A stretch of DNA of 54,714 nucleotides, from IMG/VR virus record IMGVR_UViG_3300030329_002091, positions 1-54,714 of that record. One strand, 5' to 3'. Positions within the stretch are counted from its first letter, which is position 1; each line of letters begins with the position of its first letter. Shown here in pieces: positions 29,201-37,900 of this stretch. The notes below the pieces were generated by a model that was not told the DNA's origin, made no database searches, and was given only the letters and a program-made list of their open reading frames with translations. This DNA comes from a virus (taxonomy: Duplodnaviria; Caudoviricetes). Position numbers and translations under genes: made by a program.

Positions 29201-29528
29201 TCCTGCTATAGTAGCCCCTTGTCTTACTGGTAATGGAGACAATAGATGGGAATATATAGTAGACGTTAAAATAACTATACCTACGAACACCAATGGTCAC
29301 CCAGCCGGATTACATACATTCAACAAGTATATTGATATAATAGCGTTTATAGAGCCTATTTTAGGTTCTTCAGTTACTTCTTGGGATGAAATAGCTCAAG
29401 GCCTTCATAATCTTTATAGTTACGAGGCTTATACTAGTATTCAACACGCACCTTGTGAATGCGACCCTATAGACCCAACACCTTCGGATTACACGTTAAC
29501 AGTATTAGACGATCCTTCGGATCATTAA
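23202..29528 (+). CDS. Large tail protein (nozzle/stabilisation-protein-like)
   Basis: 2108 aa, beta-rich; MNKDLDERLVPNGEYRDALN start typical of crAss-like stabilisation proteins. Confidence 0.65.
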   Translation: MPELNQNFIKGRMNKDLDERLVPNGEYRDALNIEVSTSEGSDVGSAQTTGSNVKLPTLSVLDTNGGPYTCVGSIANEKTNKIYWFVSGSDRDAIVEFDSDTEQETLVFVDIYKTTVSLLSDGHTGTNPYDHLHIPDNGNSTENITNIRVGMNVTGTFTYPSGHSLSGQSYNITLNENFTVDDMQLDAPSGWRVYLSKPSPSQQFPSSAGDTLTFISKRVLNFDDEKYITGINIIDDLLFWTDNRYEPKKINIPRSIEGTTSIDQHTKLKVRDNDNQLISHNYNLHKGREYVEVEHITVVKKSPLIPPKLEMDTTAVSRGSINGTWTTNFTQGTGDELINDPVNTMYTGVSLPSGPDFREGDIIILTNTQPNNPLSFTKHEVRLEVRAINNGLFDLMLIAITTSPLQEADQTWWFLLEQEKPMFEFKFPRFAYRWRFKDGEYSSFSPFSEIAFLPSTFDYYPKKGYNLGMTNNVRFLKIKDFVAERDMLPTDVISIDILYKESNSNNIYTVKTIMYGDSEWEAGATSNKLLKGETVIESEMIYATVPSNQLLRPWDNVPRKALGQEITGNRLVYANYLHQYNIKDGEFGKVIPIKLIPTLSTDPPEPKVPKKSIKSLRTYQLGVVYRDAYGRETPVLASSEEDNNITSGTIVTKKGLADNYNRLEVRCANNKPYWAESYKFFIKETSNEYYNLAMDRWYNAEDGNVWISFPSAERNKIDEDTYLILKKQHDNDTFVADEGRYKVIAIENEAPKFIKSSLRSFGSVPMTWVSGGEPIENYTQIYADTTKFEAGGFGDAVGLSDLRLRIKNSANSSAWYEVSGISQSTTNNYYLISLAKKFNEDIAWCDPDGDGTVITGLELEIAQAVYTDKPEFDGRFFVKIYKDIALVNNILTIAMTAPTFAIKMAKHHYYLNSASGRDMEWWEEGWNRTDFFIDGERRGFVGAGYQNTVIGCVDPLQGYLSNITGNIPTGGVLNSAYYAGHAGPYTSDHGAGISGFHSGHPSLNCSMEFSVSKLENGIDFQEAEAFSLVNTDQNDFWQALKSVGTMFRWQNDPDGVIYVVESAQDSGDPGPPNSGTNGNGILNFSSSNCSGNTKGEQDDNKTRRLYLNFRTHVKGWRKDSQNTNVSLQETYISDPALKASVGTNIGQLPHWQGGPVPPSLFRPIDNFSDASNIALAAAGTPVSIGHSTGSKSTTLTEIPKEITETSRAAYTNKIEILDVFYEDENSYQSENPAIWETEPKEDVGLDIYYEASQAYPMQINSKTNEMYAPIGSVITCEDTSIEITPGTTLQSWNDNEIIISNPHSTTFDASTKQGGIEIMTGLANGTVLTFSVIDQQGNLVSATRAVVGSCLLLNKIQLQRDVSKQRQTLPWFNCYSFGNGVESDRIRDDFNTPTIDNGPKASTTLAKHYEEERRGNGLIYSGIYNSTSGVNNLNQFIMAEKITKDLNPRFGTIQKLHSRDTDIIALCEDKVLKILANKDAVFNADGDPQLVATDRVLGQVVPYTGEYGISKNPESFAFQAYRSYFSDKARGVVLRLSRDGLTPISSHGMKDWFADNLKTAKNIIGSYDDKKELYNITLADTSIVISRDDVPNSPIEWTDVNALGDWRMGDTASAGKWVQHGDNNTNLLTGNSSLPNVTNIILATTDAFPTDQTSNFTDLISAFNTHGASNVLLHYQVLHGGLGSQSPTLNAGNNAPIITFEILAINSTTHNGFPTYTFTVSYDSGDWSQQDITHFWWSLKSVDGNILPKGGDKSIKDYTVSFSDKVNGWVSFKSFIQENGLSLNNKYYTFKAGKLYEHRRDNTVNNFYGTQYNSSINVLLNGSPNTVKSLNTINYSGSQAKITQNLLTGVNADGYNQFDGEYFNNYSALGWYVDSIESDLQSGAKLEFKEKEGKWFTFIKGVKTYFNDDKDTNLDMTEFSVQGIGYSGTVICPDCGTGEPEEPGYACGDKIIMTSDGDNIVYGVTGNITQLNDLLNWFNQDSIYRTYNFQDYVFELQQTPPAIVAPCLTGNGDNRWEYIVDVKITIPTNTNGHPAGLHTFNKYIDIIAFIEPILGSSVTSWDEIAQGLHNLYSYEAYTSIQHAPCECDPIDPTPSDYTLTVLDDPSDH

Positions 29529-29538
29529 AATAAAATAA

Positions 29539-31959
29539 ATGGCACACGCAAATTACTCAGTATCTACATATACATCTACTGAAACAGAAAATGATTCAGT
29601 TGCTTTAGGTCAAATAGCTAGTTCTATAATACTAATAATTACACCAGATTCTGGTTTTAGTGTTAGCGCTAGTGCTTTTAGTGTTGGTGGGGCAACAGAG
29701 GGGCCAGCAAATACATTCACAGGTGGAAACGTTAGTCCAGAAGTAGCTAGCGTAACATTCACAGATACAACCGTAGCTGGTCAAGGAAATAATTTAGTAC
29801 ACGCTGAGGTTATTTTTAACAACTTTATTATGCCTGCTTCTAATAAAGATATTTTAGTAGATATAGATGGAGAAGCACAACCTATTGTTAGTGACGAAAA
29901 TATATCTTTTTGTGTAACAGACAACGTGCAGTTCGACGGTTATTGCCCGCAGACTTCTTGGCCTGCCAGTGGTGATCCTATAGAACCTGGTGTTTATTAT
30001 CCAACAGGAGCAAATCTATGTCATGGGCACTTTATAAATACAGAAGAAGGAAGTGGAATAACAGCATCCCAAACAACAAATCCATCTTGGACAAGCCCTT
30101 TACTTAACCAAACTTTAGACGCCGAAGCGACTGCTCATAGCGGAACAATTCTTAGCGGTGTTGAAAAAGTTGTATTTACAAAAAGTTTTTGGACGCCACC
30201 GTTAAAAGCTTTTCAAGTTGAACCTTTTTATATTTTAAATGCCGGGAGCGACGCTAGTAACTACACGATAGAAGAAACCCCTTCAAACTTTCAAGTGGAC
30301 AAAGTTATGACGCAAGACACGGTGAATAGTGATAGGATTTTTTGTGATACAACTGATATTATACCTGGCATGCAGATTCAAGGAAGCTCAATAAATAGTT
30401 GTAGCTTAGAAATGTCAAATCAATCTGAGACCTGTTGGCCAGGAAACGGATGGGGATTTGATGACGTTAGAGTTATAAGAGTAATATCTGCAAATGAAAT
30501 TCAAATAACAGAGAAGATACCTGGATTAACCACAGGCGATACTTTAACGTTTACAACTTTTATAAATAATACTTATACAACTCCAGGTGGACAAACATAT
30601 GGATGGGCGCCATGGTGTTGTGCTAAACAGTTTGTAGTTAAGTATACTGGCACAGAAGAGGTCGAGTGTGGTGAACATAGCATTGACTTTGCCGCGCAAG
30701 ATGGCGATCCAGCTGGGGCAGGTTGGACCGACGATGTGTTAGGTAAAATTACTAGTATTGATATAAACACAAACACTATATCTCCAAGAGGAGAAACTAG
30801 AAAAATTAGCGTAACAGGGAATGAGCATGCTGTTTTTACTATAAAAATAACTAGCAACGAAGGAAAAACTTATGATTTCACTTCAGACACTTTCACAACA
30901 GCAAACACTGATTCTGGAGAATTAAATTTAGATAATAGAAACACCTATGAAAAAACTATAGTTTATCCAAGCGTTAGCAAAGACGTTACATATACAGCTA
31001 CTGTAACGCCTAAATTAGGAATGATTATAAACGAAGGAGACAACGTTGTAAATACAAACACTGATGTGGTTAGTGGTGTAGAAAAAGAATATGCGTTAAC
31101 ACAGTACGACAACAAAACAGTAACTTTTACAGCCGACGCTACAAGTAGTGGTATGACGCTTTCTTCTGGATTAACAGCACCAGGTAATATTAAAAGACAA
31201 GCTAACACTGTTTATAGTGGAGGTATAACTATACCTACATGGACAGGTACTATAACTCATGCCAGCGGTGGTGTGATATATGCGTCTAGATTACCAAGAA
31301 GATCTAGTAACAATGTAGCTGGAGATTTTACTAATTCTACTTCGACTGATCACATCATGAATCTAAGTCCTAGTTTTAATGGAACTGGAAAAGTAACTAT
31401 AACAGCAACAATAACTGGAACTTTAGATAAAATGGGTACAGCAAACCAAACTGTTACTTTTGATATTGATGATTTTGTTAGTAGAACTCCAAATTGCTAT
31501 GATTACACAATGACTTACAGTATAAGTAGACTTGAATCTAATCCTGCGGTCGCTATTAAAGTCCACACAGGAAATCAACTTTATGGGAGCGAATACGGAA
31601 CTGGAGGAACTGTATTTGAGCAAGGTAGCACTCAATTATCAGCACCTAATACTACAGCTAATGGTCGAGATACTGACGAAACCTATAAAGATTCGGCAGG
31701 AACGCCTAGAAAAGTATTTACTGTTGTCAGTACAAGTTTAACGCATGTTACTATTGGATCTAACGATCCTGATTATGACGATGGATATTTCTTTGGTCAT
31801 CCGAGCAGCACAGTTACTGGCTCTACCCACAATGATCAAATAGTGCTTATGTACACTGGCGGCGCTACAGTTGGTGATACAGAAACGTTTACCTATAAAT
31901 GCAACGATGGTACTACTGATAGTGCCACTAAAACTTTTACATTAACTTACACTGAATAA
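29539..31959 (+). CDS. Thr/Ser-rich virion protein (tail fibre/appendage-like)
   Basis: 806 aa, beta-rich; C-terminal TFTYKCNDGTTDS Ig/cadherin-like motif. Confidence 0.55.
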   Translation: MAHANYSVSTYTSTETENDSVALGQIASSIILIITPDSGFSVSASAFSVGGATEGPANTFTGGNVSPEVASVTFTDTTVAGQGNNLVHAEVIFNNFIMPASNKDILVDIDGEAQPIVSDENISFCVTDNVQFDGYCPQTSWPASGDPIEPGVYYPTGANLCHGHFINTEEGSGITASQTTNPSWTSPLLNQTLDAEATAHSGTILSGVEKVVFTKSFWTPPLKAFQVEPFYILNAGSDASNYTIEETPSNFQVDKVMTQDTVNSDRIFCDTTDIIPGMQIQGSSINSCSLEMSNQSETCWPGNGWGFDDVRVIRVISANEIQITEKIPGLTTGDTLTFTTFINNTYTTPGGQTYGWAPWCCAKQFVVKYTGTEEVECGEHSIDFAAQDGDPAGAGWTDDVLGKITSIDINTNTISPRGETRKISVTGNEHAVFTIKITSNEGKTYDFTSDTFTTANTDSGELNLDNRNTYEKTIVYPSVSKDVTYTATVTPKLGMIINEGDNVVNTNTDVVSGVEKEYALTQYDNKTVTFTADATSSGMTLSSGLTAPGNIKRQANTVYSGGITIPTWTGTITHASGGVIYASRLPRRSSNNVAGDFTNSTSTDHIMNLSPSFNGTGKVTITATITGTLDKMGTANQTVTFDIDDFVSRTPNCYDYTMTYSISRLESNPAVAIKVHTGNQLYGSEYGTGGTVFEQGSTQLSAPNTTANGRDTDETYKDSAGTPRKVFTVVSTSLTHVTIGSNDPDYDDGYFFGHPSSTVTGSTHNDQIVLMYTGGATVGDTETFTYKCNDGTTDSATKTFTLTYTE

Positions 31960-31961
31960 CT

Positions 31962-32330
31962 ATGCCGATAATAACATTAAATTTTACTTTTCCAGTTCAA
32001 ACATCCGTACAGATAAATGATATAGCTTATTATGTAGAAGTTTGGGAGAAAGGAGGTTTTGACATGAAAAATAAAGACTTAGTAAAAATAGGTAAAATAC
32101 TTTCTGTTGGGATAAATAGTATTACCTGTGAGATTTCATCTAGCACTGTTCCTCCGGTGGCTTATCAACCCGGAACGCCTCCATATCATTTGATAATGTT
32201 TAGTAAAGATAATGAAGCTAACATGTCTAGTTTATTAGGTTATTACGCGGATATAAAACTAATTAATGATTCTACAGAGAAAGGAGAAATATTCTCTATA
32301 GGTTCAGAATACTTTGAAAGTAGTAAATAA
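31962..32330 (+). CDS. Hypothetical protein
   Basis: 122 aa ORF. Confidence 0.7.
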   Translation: MPIITLNFTFPVQTSVQINDIAYYVEVWEKGGFDMKNKDLVKIGKILSVGINSITCEISSSTVPPVAYQPGTPPYHLIMFSKDNEANMSSLLGYYADIKLINDSTEKGEIFSIGSEYFESSK

Positions 32331-32373
32331 TATACAAAAACTGTAACTATATTGTTATAGTAAATTAAATTAA

Positions 32374-32838
32374 ATGGATAAAAATATAACTCTTAGTAAA
32401 AGAAAAGAAATACAAGAACTACAAGATTTATTAATAGAAAACGCTGACGGAGTAAATATAGAGGGAGATGGTAAATCTATAGTTCATAGTAGTAATTTTC
32501 CTTTAAAACACACATTTGCAGATGGTATATACGTTAGACAAATGGATATGAAAGCTGGATCAATGGTAGTTGGAGCTATACACAACCATTTACATGTTTG
32601 GTTTTTATTAACTGGCAAATTGAATATCGCAACAGAAAAATCAATAGAAGAGTTTATCGCGCCATGTTATGTTTTAGCAGAGCCAGGTAGTAAAAGAGTT
32701 ATATACGCGGTAGAAGATTCTATATTTGTAAACGTACATAAGAACCCAAAAAACGTAAAAGATATAGATAAATTAGAACTAGAAATAGTTTCTAAAACAT
32801 TTAAAGAATATGAAGAATATACTAATAAAAATAAATAA
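32374..32838 (+). CDS. Cupin-like protein
   Basis: HTFADGIYVR...GAIHNHLH...PGSKR double-stranded beta-helix pattern. Confidence 0.6.
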   Translation: MDKNITLSKRKEIQELQDLLIENADGVNIEGDGKSIVHSSNFPLKHTFADGIYVRQMDMKAGSMVVGAIHNHLHVWFLLTGKLNIATEKSIEEFIAPCYVLAEPGSKRVIYAVEDSIFVNVHKNPKNVKDIDKLELEIVSKTFKEYEEYTNKNK

Positions 32839-32841
32839 GAT

Positions 32842-33456
32842 ATGAGTTTTATGGTAGCAGGTATAGTCGCCGGAGCTGGTGGACTAACAAAAATAATATT
32901 AGCAAATCAAGGTAGAAAAGCTAGAATAGAAGAACAAAGACAAGCTAATCAAGAGTTGGCTAAACGTAAGGTTGATATAGAGGGTATAGACACAAGTAAC
33001 CCATATGCTAACTTAGATAATGCCTATGAAGATTTAACAGTTAATAAACAACAAGCCGAGTTTCAAAACCAAAAGAATCAACAAAACATGGCTAATATGA
33101 TGCAAAATATGGGAGGCGCTGCTGGTGGAAGTGGTATAGCTGGATTGGCTCAAGTAATGGCTAATCAACAAACACAAGCAACCCAAGCTGCTTCAGCCTC
33201 TATAGGTCAACAAGAGGCTGCTAATCAAAAATTACAAGCTAGAGCACAGCAAGAAATAGAGATGAAAGAAGGATATGGAAAAAGTATATCACAACAAAGA
33301 GAAGCGCAAAAAAGAAAATTATTAATGGGTCTGTCTCAACAAAGAAAAATTGGTGCTGACGCAGCTAGACAAACAGCTAGAGATCAAATGGCTTCTGGAA
33401 TCGGTGATATGGTTGGAGGCATTACTAGCGCTGCCACAGGCATGCCTATGGGATAA
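32842..33456 (+). CDS. Putative internal virion/ejection protein
   Basis: Gln/Ala/Gly-rich helical protein with hydrophobic N-terminus. Confidence 0.55.
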   Translation: MSFMVAGIVAGAGGLTKIILANQGRKARIEEQRQANQELAKRKVDIEGIDTSNPYANLDNAYEDLTVNKQQAEFQNQKNQQNMANMMQNMGGAAGGSGIAGLAQVMANQQTQATQAASASIGQQEAANQKLQARAQQEIEMKEGYGKSISQQREAQKRKLLMGLSQQRKIGADAARQTARDQMASGIGDMVGGITSAATGMPMG

Positions 33457-33471
33457 TAAACAAATAAGTAT

Positions 33472-34971
33472 ATGAAAAAGAAAAAAACACCTTTACAACT
33501 TAACGAAGGCTTAATAAAAAGAGCTAGATTAACTAATCAATATAGCGGTGGCGATATGTCTACACGTGGTACTTGGGATGTTGACGCTATGTTTGATCCC
33601 GTAAAAGAAGTAATGGCTCAAAGAATGTTAAAAACAGAAGAGGATAATAAAAAAATAAAAGAAGAGATAAATAATCCAAATAAAAATAATAAAAAAAATA
33701 AGAAGGATAATATCGAAGATATTATAAACAGAGGAGAAAACGAAGCAAAGAAAGAAGAAAAAGTTATACCGCCTGAACCAACAAAATATTTAACTGTAGA
33801 GTGTGATGATAGTACGGATGATGAATGTTGGATGGGGATGAAAGAGATTTTAACAGAAGAGTGGATAAAATGGAACAACGAGTATGGGGATCCAAGCGCT
33901 ATAAAACAGTTAAAAAGTCCTTTTAAAAAATATTCAGCATTAAAAACAAATATAAGAGAGAATTATATACCAGGACAAAATAGTCCTTTTCAACAAACAG
34001 TTGGTATGGGGCCAAAGGGAAGAGATAATGTTGGTCTTACGGGGGATACAACTTACGGCCGTGCGGAAGACGAAAGATATGATATATGGAAAACTTTTAT
34101 AGATTTACCAGAAAAAGAACTTCAAAAAAGAATAGGAAACGCTATAGCAAATGATGTATCTAATAACGAAGAATATGGAGTTATTTTAAAACCAATAGAA
34201 AAATTACCTAATAAACAATGGAGAGAATCTATAACAGAGTACATGGGATTTGTTAAAGAAAATATGATAAACTCAATTAAAGACGGTCAATTAGAGTATA
34301 AAGACGCTTGGATGAGTAATGCTCAAAGCGCTATAACTAACGTTCAGAAGTTTATTAACAAAAGAACAGATTGGATGCAGCAAATGGGAGGAGATCAAAC
34401 TTTAACAAATAAAGGTGGTTCTACTATGTCTGCCGCTAGTCATAAAGGTGATAAACGCCAATGGGATTTAACTTATTTAGGAGATAAAAATATTCAAATG
34501 GATTTGTCAGAGGAAGGTGGTATATATTTTAAACTTGAAGGTGTTGACGATATCTGGTCTGTTGATGATTTAGACGCAAACACTTACAACAAAGATTATA
34601 GAGGTTTACAAATATGGAACGAGTTAAAGAAAAAACTAAAAGAATCAGCCTCTGAAGGAATTGAGTTTAACGAGCCAGCGGTAGAAAGCGTTATTGATGG
34701 TATACTACAATCAGATGAAGCTGTTGGATCTTGGGCTCATGATAATTTAGATGGAGAAAGTTTTTTTGATAGATATTATAAGGCTGCTCCAGAAGAATTC
34801 GATATAAATCCTTTTATGCCAGAACACTCTGATTACAATGTAGAATTAATAAGAGATATGGTGAAAAACGGGATGATTAATATGGCTAAACAAACATTCG
34901 CTACATACGCTCCTAAAGTCGCAAAAACAGCTTTAACAGTTAAACAATTAATAGATAAATATAGAAAATGA
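33472..34971 (+). CDS. Putative internal virion protein with N-terminal RGTWDVD module and SP-x-[KQ] motifs
   Basis: 499 aa; lies between an ejection-like gene and the giant gene. Confidence 0.6.
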   Translation: MKKKKTPLQLNEGLIKRARLTNQYSGGDMSTRGTWDVDAMFDPVKEVMAQRMLKTEEDNKKIKEEINNPNKNNKKNKKDNIEDIINRGENEAKKEEKVIPPEPTKYLTVECDDSTDDECWMGMKEILTEEWIKWNNEYGDPSAIKQLKSPFKKYSALKTNIRENYIPGQNSPFQQTVGMGPKGRDNVGLTGDTTYGRAEDERYDIWKTFIDLPEKELQKRIGNAIANDVSNNEEYGVILKPIEKLPNKQWRESITEYMGFVKENMINSIKDGQLEYKDAWMSNAQSAITNVQKFINKRTDWMQQMGGDQTLTNKGGSTMSAASHKGDKRQWDLTYLGDKNIQMDLSEEGGIYFKLEGVDDIWSVDDLDANTYNKDYRGLQIWNELKKKLKESASEGIEFNEPAVESVIDGILQSDEAVGSWAHDNLDGESFFDRYYKAAPEEFDINPFMPEHSDYNVELIRDMVKNGMINMAKQTFATYAPKVAKTALTVKQLIDKYRK

Positions 34972-37900
34972 TTCAAGAGCAAGAATTAGAAAGTATTATA
35001 GAAGGTATGTTAGCAGATGGTTACTCAGAAGATTCTCCTGAGATACAATCTGTTATACAGCAATTTGATAGTGAAAAGAAGATTGAGGACGCTCAAGAAC
35101 AATCTAATAAATTAAAAAAAGAATATAATTTTAGCGAAAATATTCCTTTAGAAGATAAAAAACCAACTGAAGATCAAGAAGATCAAGAAGTTATTAGCGA
35201 CGAAAGTGTTACTACGGAAACAGACAACGAAGATAAAGTTAAAATGTCTGCTGATATACTTCCAGACGTTAATATTAGAGCAGTTGATAAAACTATTACT
35301 ACAGATTCTCCTGATATTGATTTTATTAATGATGATGAAATTGAAGAAAAAGAAGTAAAAGCAGAATTAGCAGAAGAAGATCAGAATTTTGATGACATTA
35401 TTGTTGATCTTGATTTTGATGAAATAGAAAAAGAAGAGAATACTGAAGTTCAAAAAGAGGCTATACAGTATAATCCTGAAATGAATATTAAACTTTTAGA
35501 CAAAGAAGAAAAAGAAGAGTTTAAAGTAGCAGAAAACAAAAAAAATTCAACAACTCAATTTCTAAATGGAGAATACAATCAAGAAGAGTATGTAAATAGT
35601 AAACTAGGTGATGATTTTGATGTTACTCTATTTAAACGTAATATTGGAGATGGTTGGGTAGTATATTCTAATTTATCTGTGGCAACCTTAGATCCTATGA
35701 GTTGGAGAGAAGAAAAAGTAGCACCAGATCCTTTAGTTAGAACAAATAAAAACCCAGATGACGCGTGGGAACACGCTTATCAATTAGGACAATATTGGAG
35801 CTTCACATCTGAAGATTCTGCTGATGCTTTTATAAATAGCAAAACAGATGTTTGGGATTTAGTTCAAAACAACGAAATATTCAACATGAAAGATGCTCAG
35901 AATATTTTAAAAGGAAAAATTACTAGTCCAGATAAAATACTTAAATACAAGTCTCCATCAGGGCCTAATTTAGAACTATCATTGTTTCATGGGGCACGTT
36001 TAACTCCTAATGAATTTAAGTATTATAAACTTGATTTTGATTCTGAAGCTGGGTTTAATGAAAAAAGAAATAAAGTTATAGATTATACTAAAAAAACATT
36101 AAGCTTTGAAAAGAAAAGTAAGAATATTAAAAAGTACCCTGAAACATTTAAAGATTTAAGCGATACTTCTATTAAACACTTATTAGACGGTATAGCTTTT
36201 GTAAAGCAATCAATTAATGGTATTGTCGGGACTAATGAAAACAAAACAATTTTTACATTATTAAATAGTGATTTATATAATAATGAAATTCAAGTTTTAA
36301 AAGACCTAATTGAAAAAGCTATAGATAATCCAACGGCAGAAAACATCGATAACATGAAGACGCAGCTTGATCGTACGGCCAATGGGGAAGACTGGGCTGA
36401 TATACATTGGTACATGAACATGGTCAATGTAGATGTTAGTAACATGAGAAAAACTACTTTTAGTACTTCTGATACAAAAGATTGGATTGGTAGTGAGTTT
36501 ATGAAATATTCTGACAAGGTGTCAATGGATTTTTATACGGTAGATAATCAATTTCTTTTTCCTGGGTGGAAAGATAATAAAAAGGCTAGAGAATCAGCTA
36601 AAGGACTTAAAGATTTTTCATCGTATATTTATGCTCATACTAATAAAAAATTTAAAACTCCAATATCTAATGATAATTGGGAAAGAATAAAAAAGAACGC
36701 TGGAAAGGGTAATATATTTCTAACTAGCAAAGAATTAAGTTACGCAGATCTTTGGAATAGTCCCACTAATAATCTCGCATGGTTAATTGGACAATCTGGT
36801 TGGGGTGTTAATGTTACTTTTATAATAAATGAAGAAGCGTATAATAATTTTGTAAATAGAGAAGGACATTATTGGTATATATTAGAAGGTGGGTATAGAT
36901 ACGGAGACCCTGAAAGTTTTGCGTTCCAACCTATTGGGTTAGAGGCTATATTAAGCATTTTATCATATGGACTTAATAGAGAGTATGTTATATACGAGGA
37001 TTACGCAAATAGATACAACAAATATCAAGAGCAAATCTCAAAAGAAAATTTATATTCTATTATAGGTGAAAGTGGAAAAAGAGTAGCTGTTAATGGTCAA
37101 AAAGTTTTAAACGAGATTGAAGAGCTTTCTAATTTTTTAGGAACTAAAGATAATCCAAATGCTATTACGGAAGAAATTAAGAAAAATATAGAAACAAAAA
37201 CCAAGCAATTAGTAAATCTTTCGGAAAATAATAATATAAAAAGCGCTCATAGTGAGTATGTAAGTAAGTTATTAGAAATATCTTTTAAGTATAACTTAGA
37301 ATTAGAAAGATATAAAAACACGCCTTTATTGAATGATGACGGAAGTGTTATGAGGTTTGATAATGGAAACCCTGTTTTTCCTAAAGACGTAGAATATGGG
37401 GAAAATTTAATATTAGCAAAAGAAAAAGAATTAGAGGCACTTGCTAATGCTGAGTCAAAAATTGCTTATGTTGAGTTTCAAGAACATCCAGATGTTAAAA
37501 ATAGCGCAGAACTGTTTAATTATTTAACAAGCGAAGAAGTTACAACATTTATAGACACTTATGATTTAGCCGTTAGAAGATATAATTCTATAGTTAATTG
37601 TAGAAGTTTTCAAGAAGATTTAGAAGATTTAAAACAACTTGGAAAAGCTACTAGCGCTCAATATAGTATAGTAGAAGCTATAAGATTACAATACATAAAA
37701 GAACTTGATGTTTTAGAAAATTTCAACGAACAACAAGCTTTAGCTTGGGACCGTATTGCTCAATTTTCACCTTTAGGGGCTGATATTACAAAAGGAATAT
37801 TTGATGGTGTTTTTAATAGGTTTTTAGGAAGTGCGAACGAAATGGTTTCAGGTGTTTTTGGGTTGTTTGATGAATTAGATCCTCAAGATTATATAAGTGT

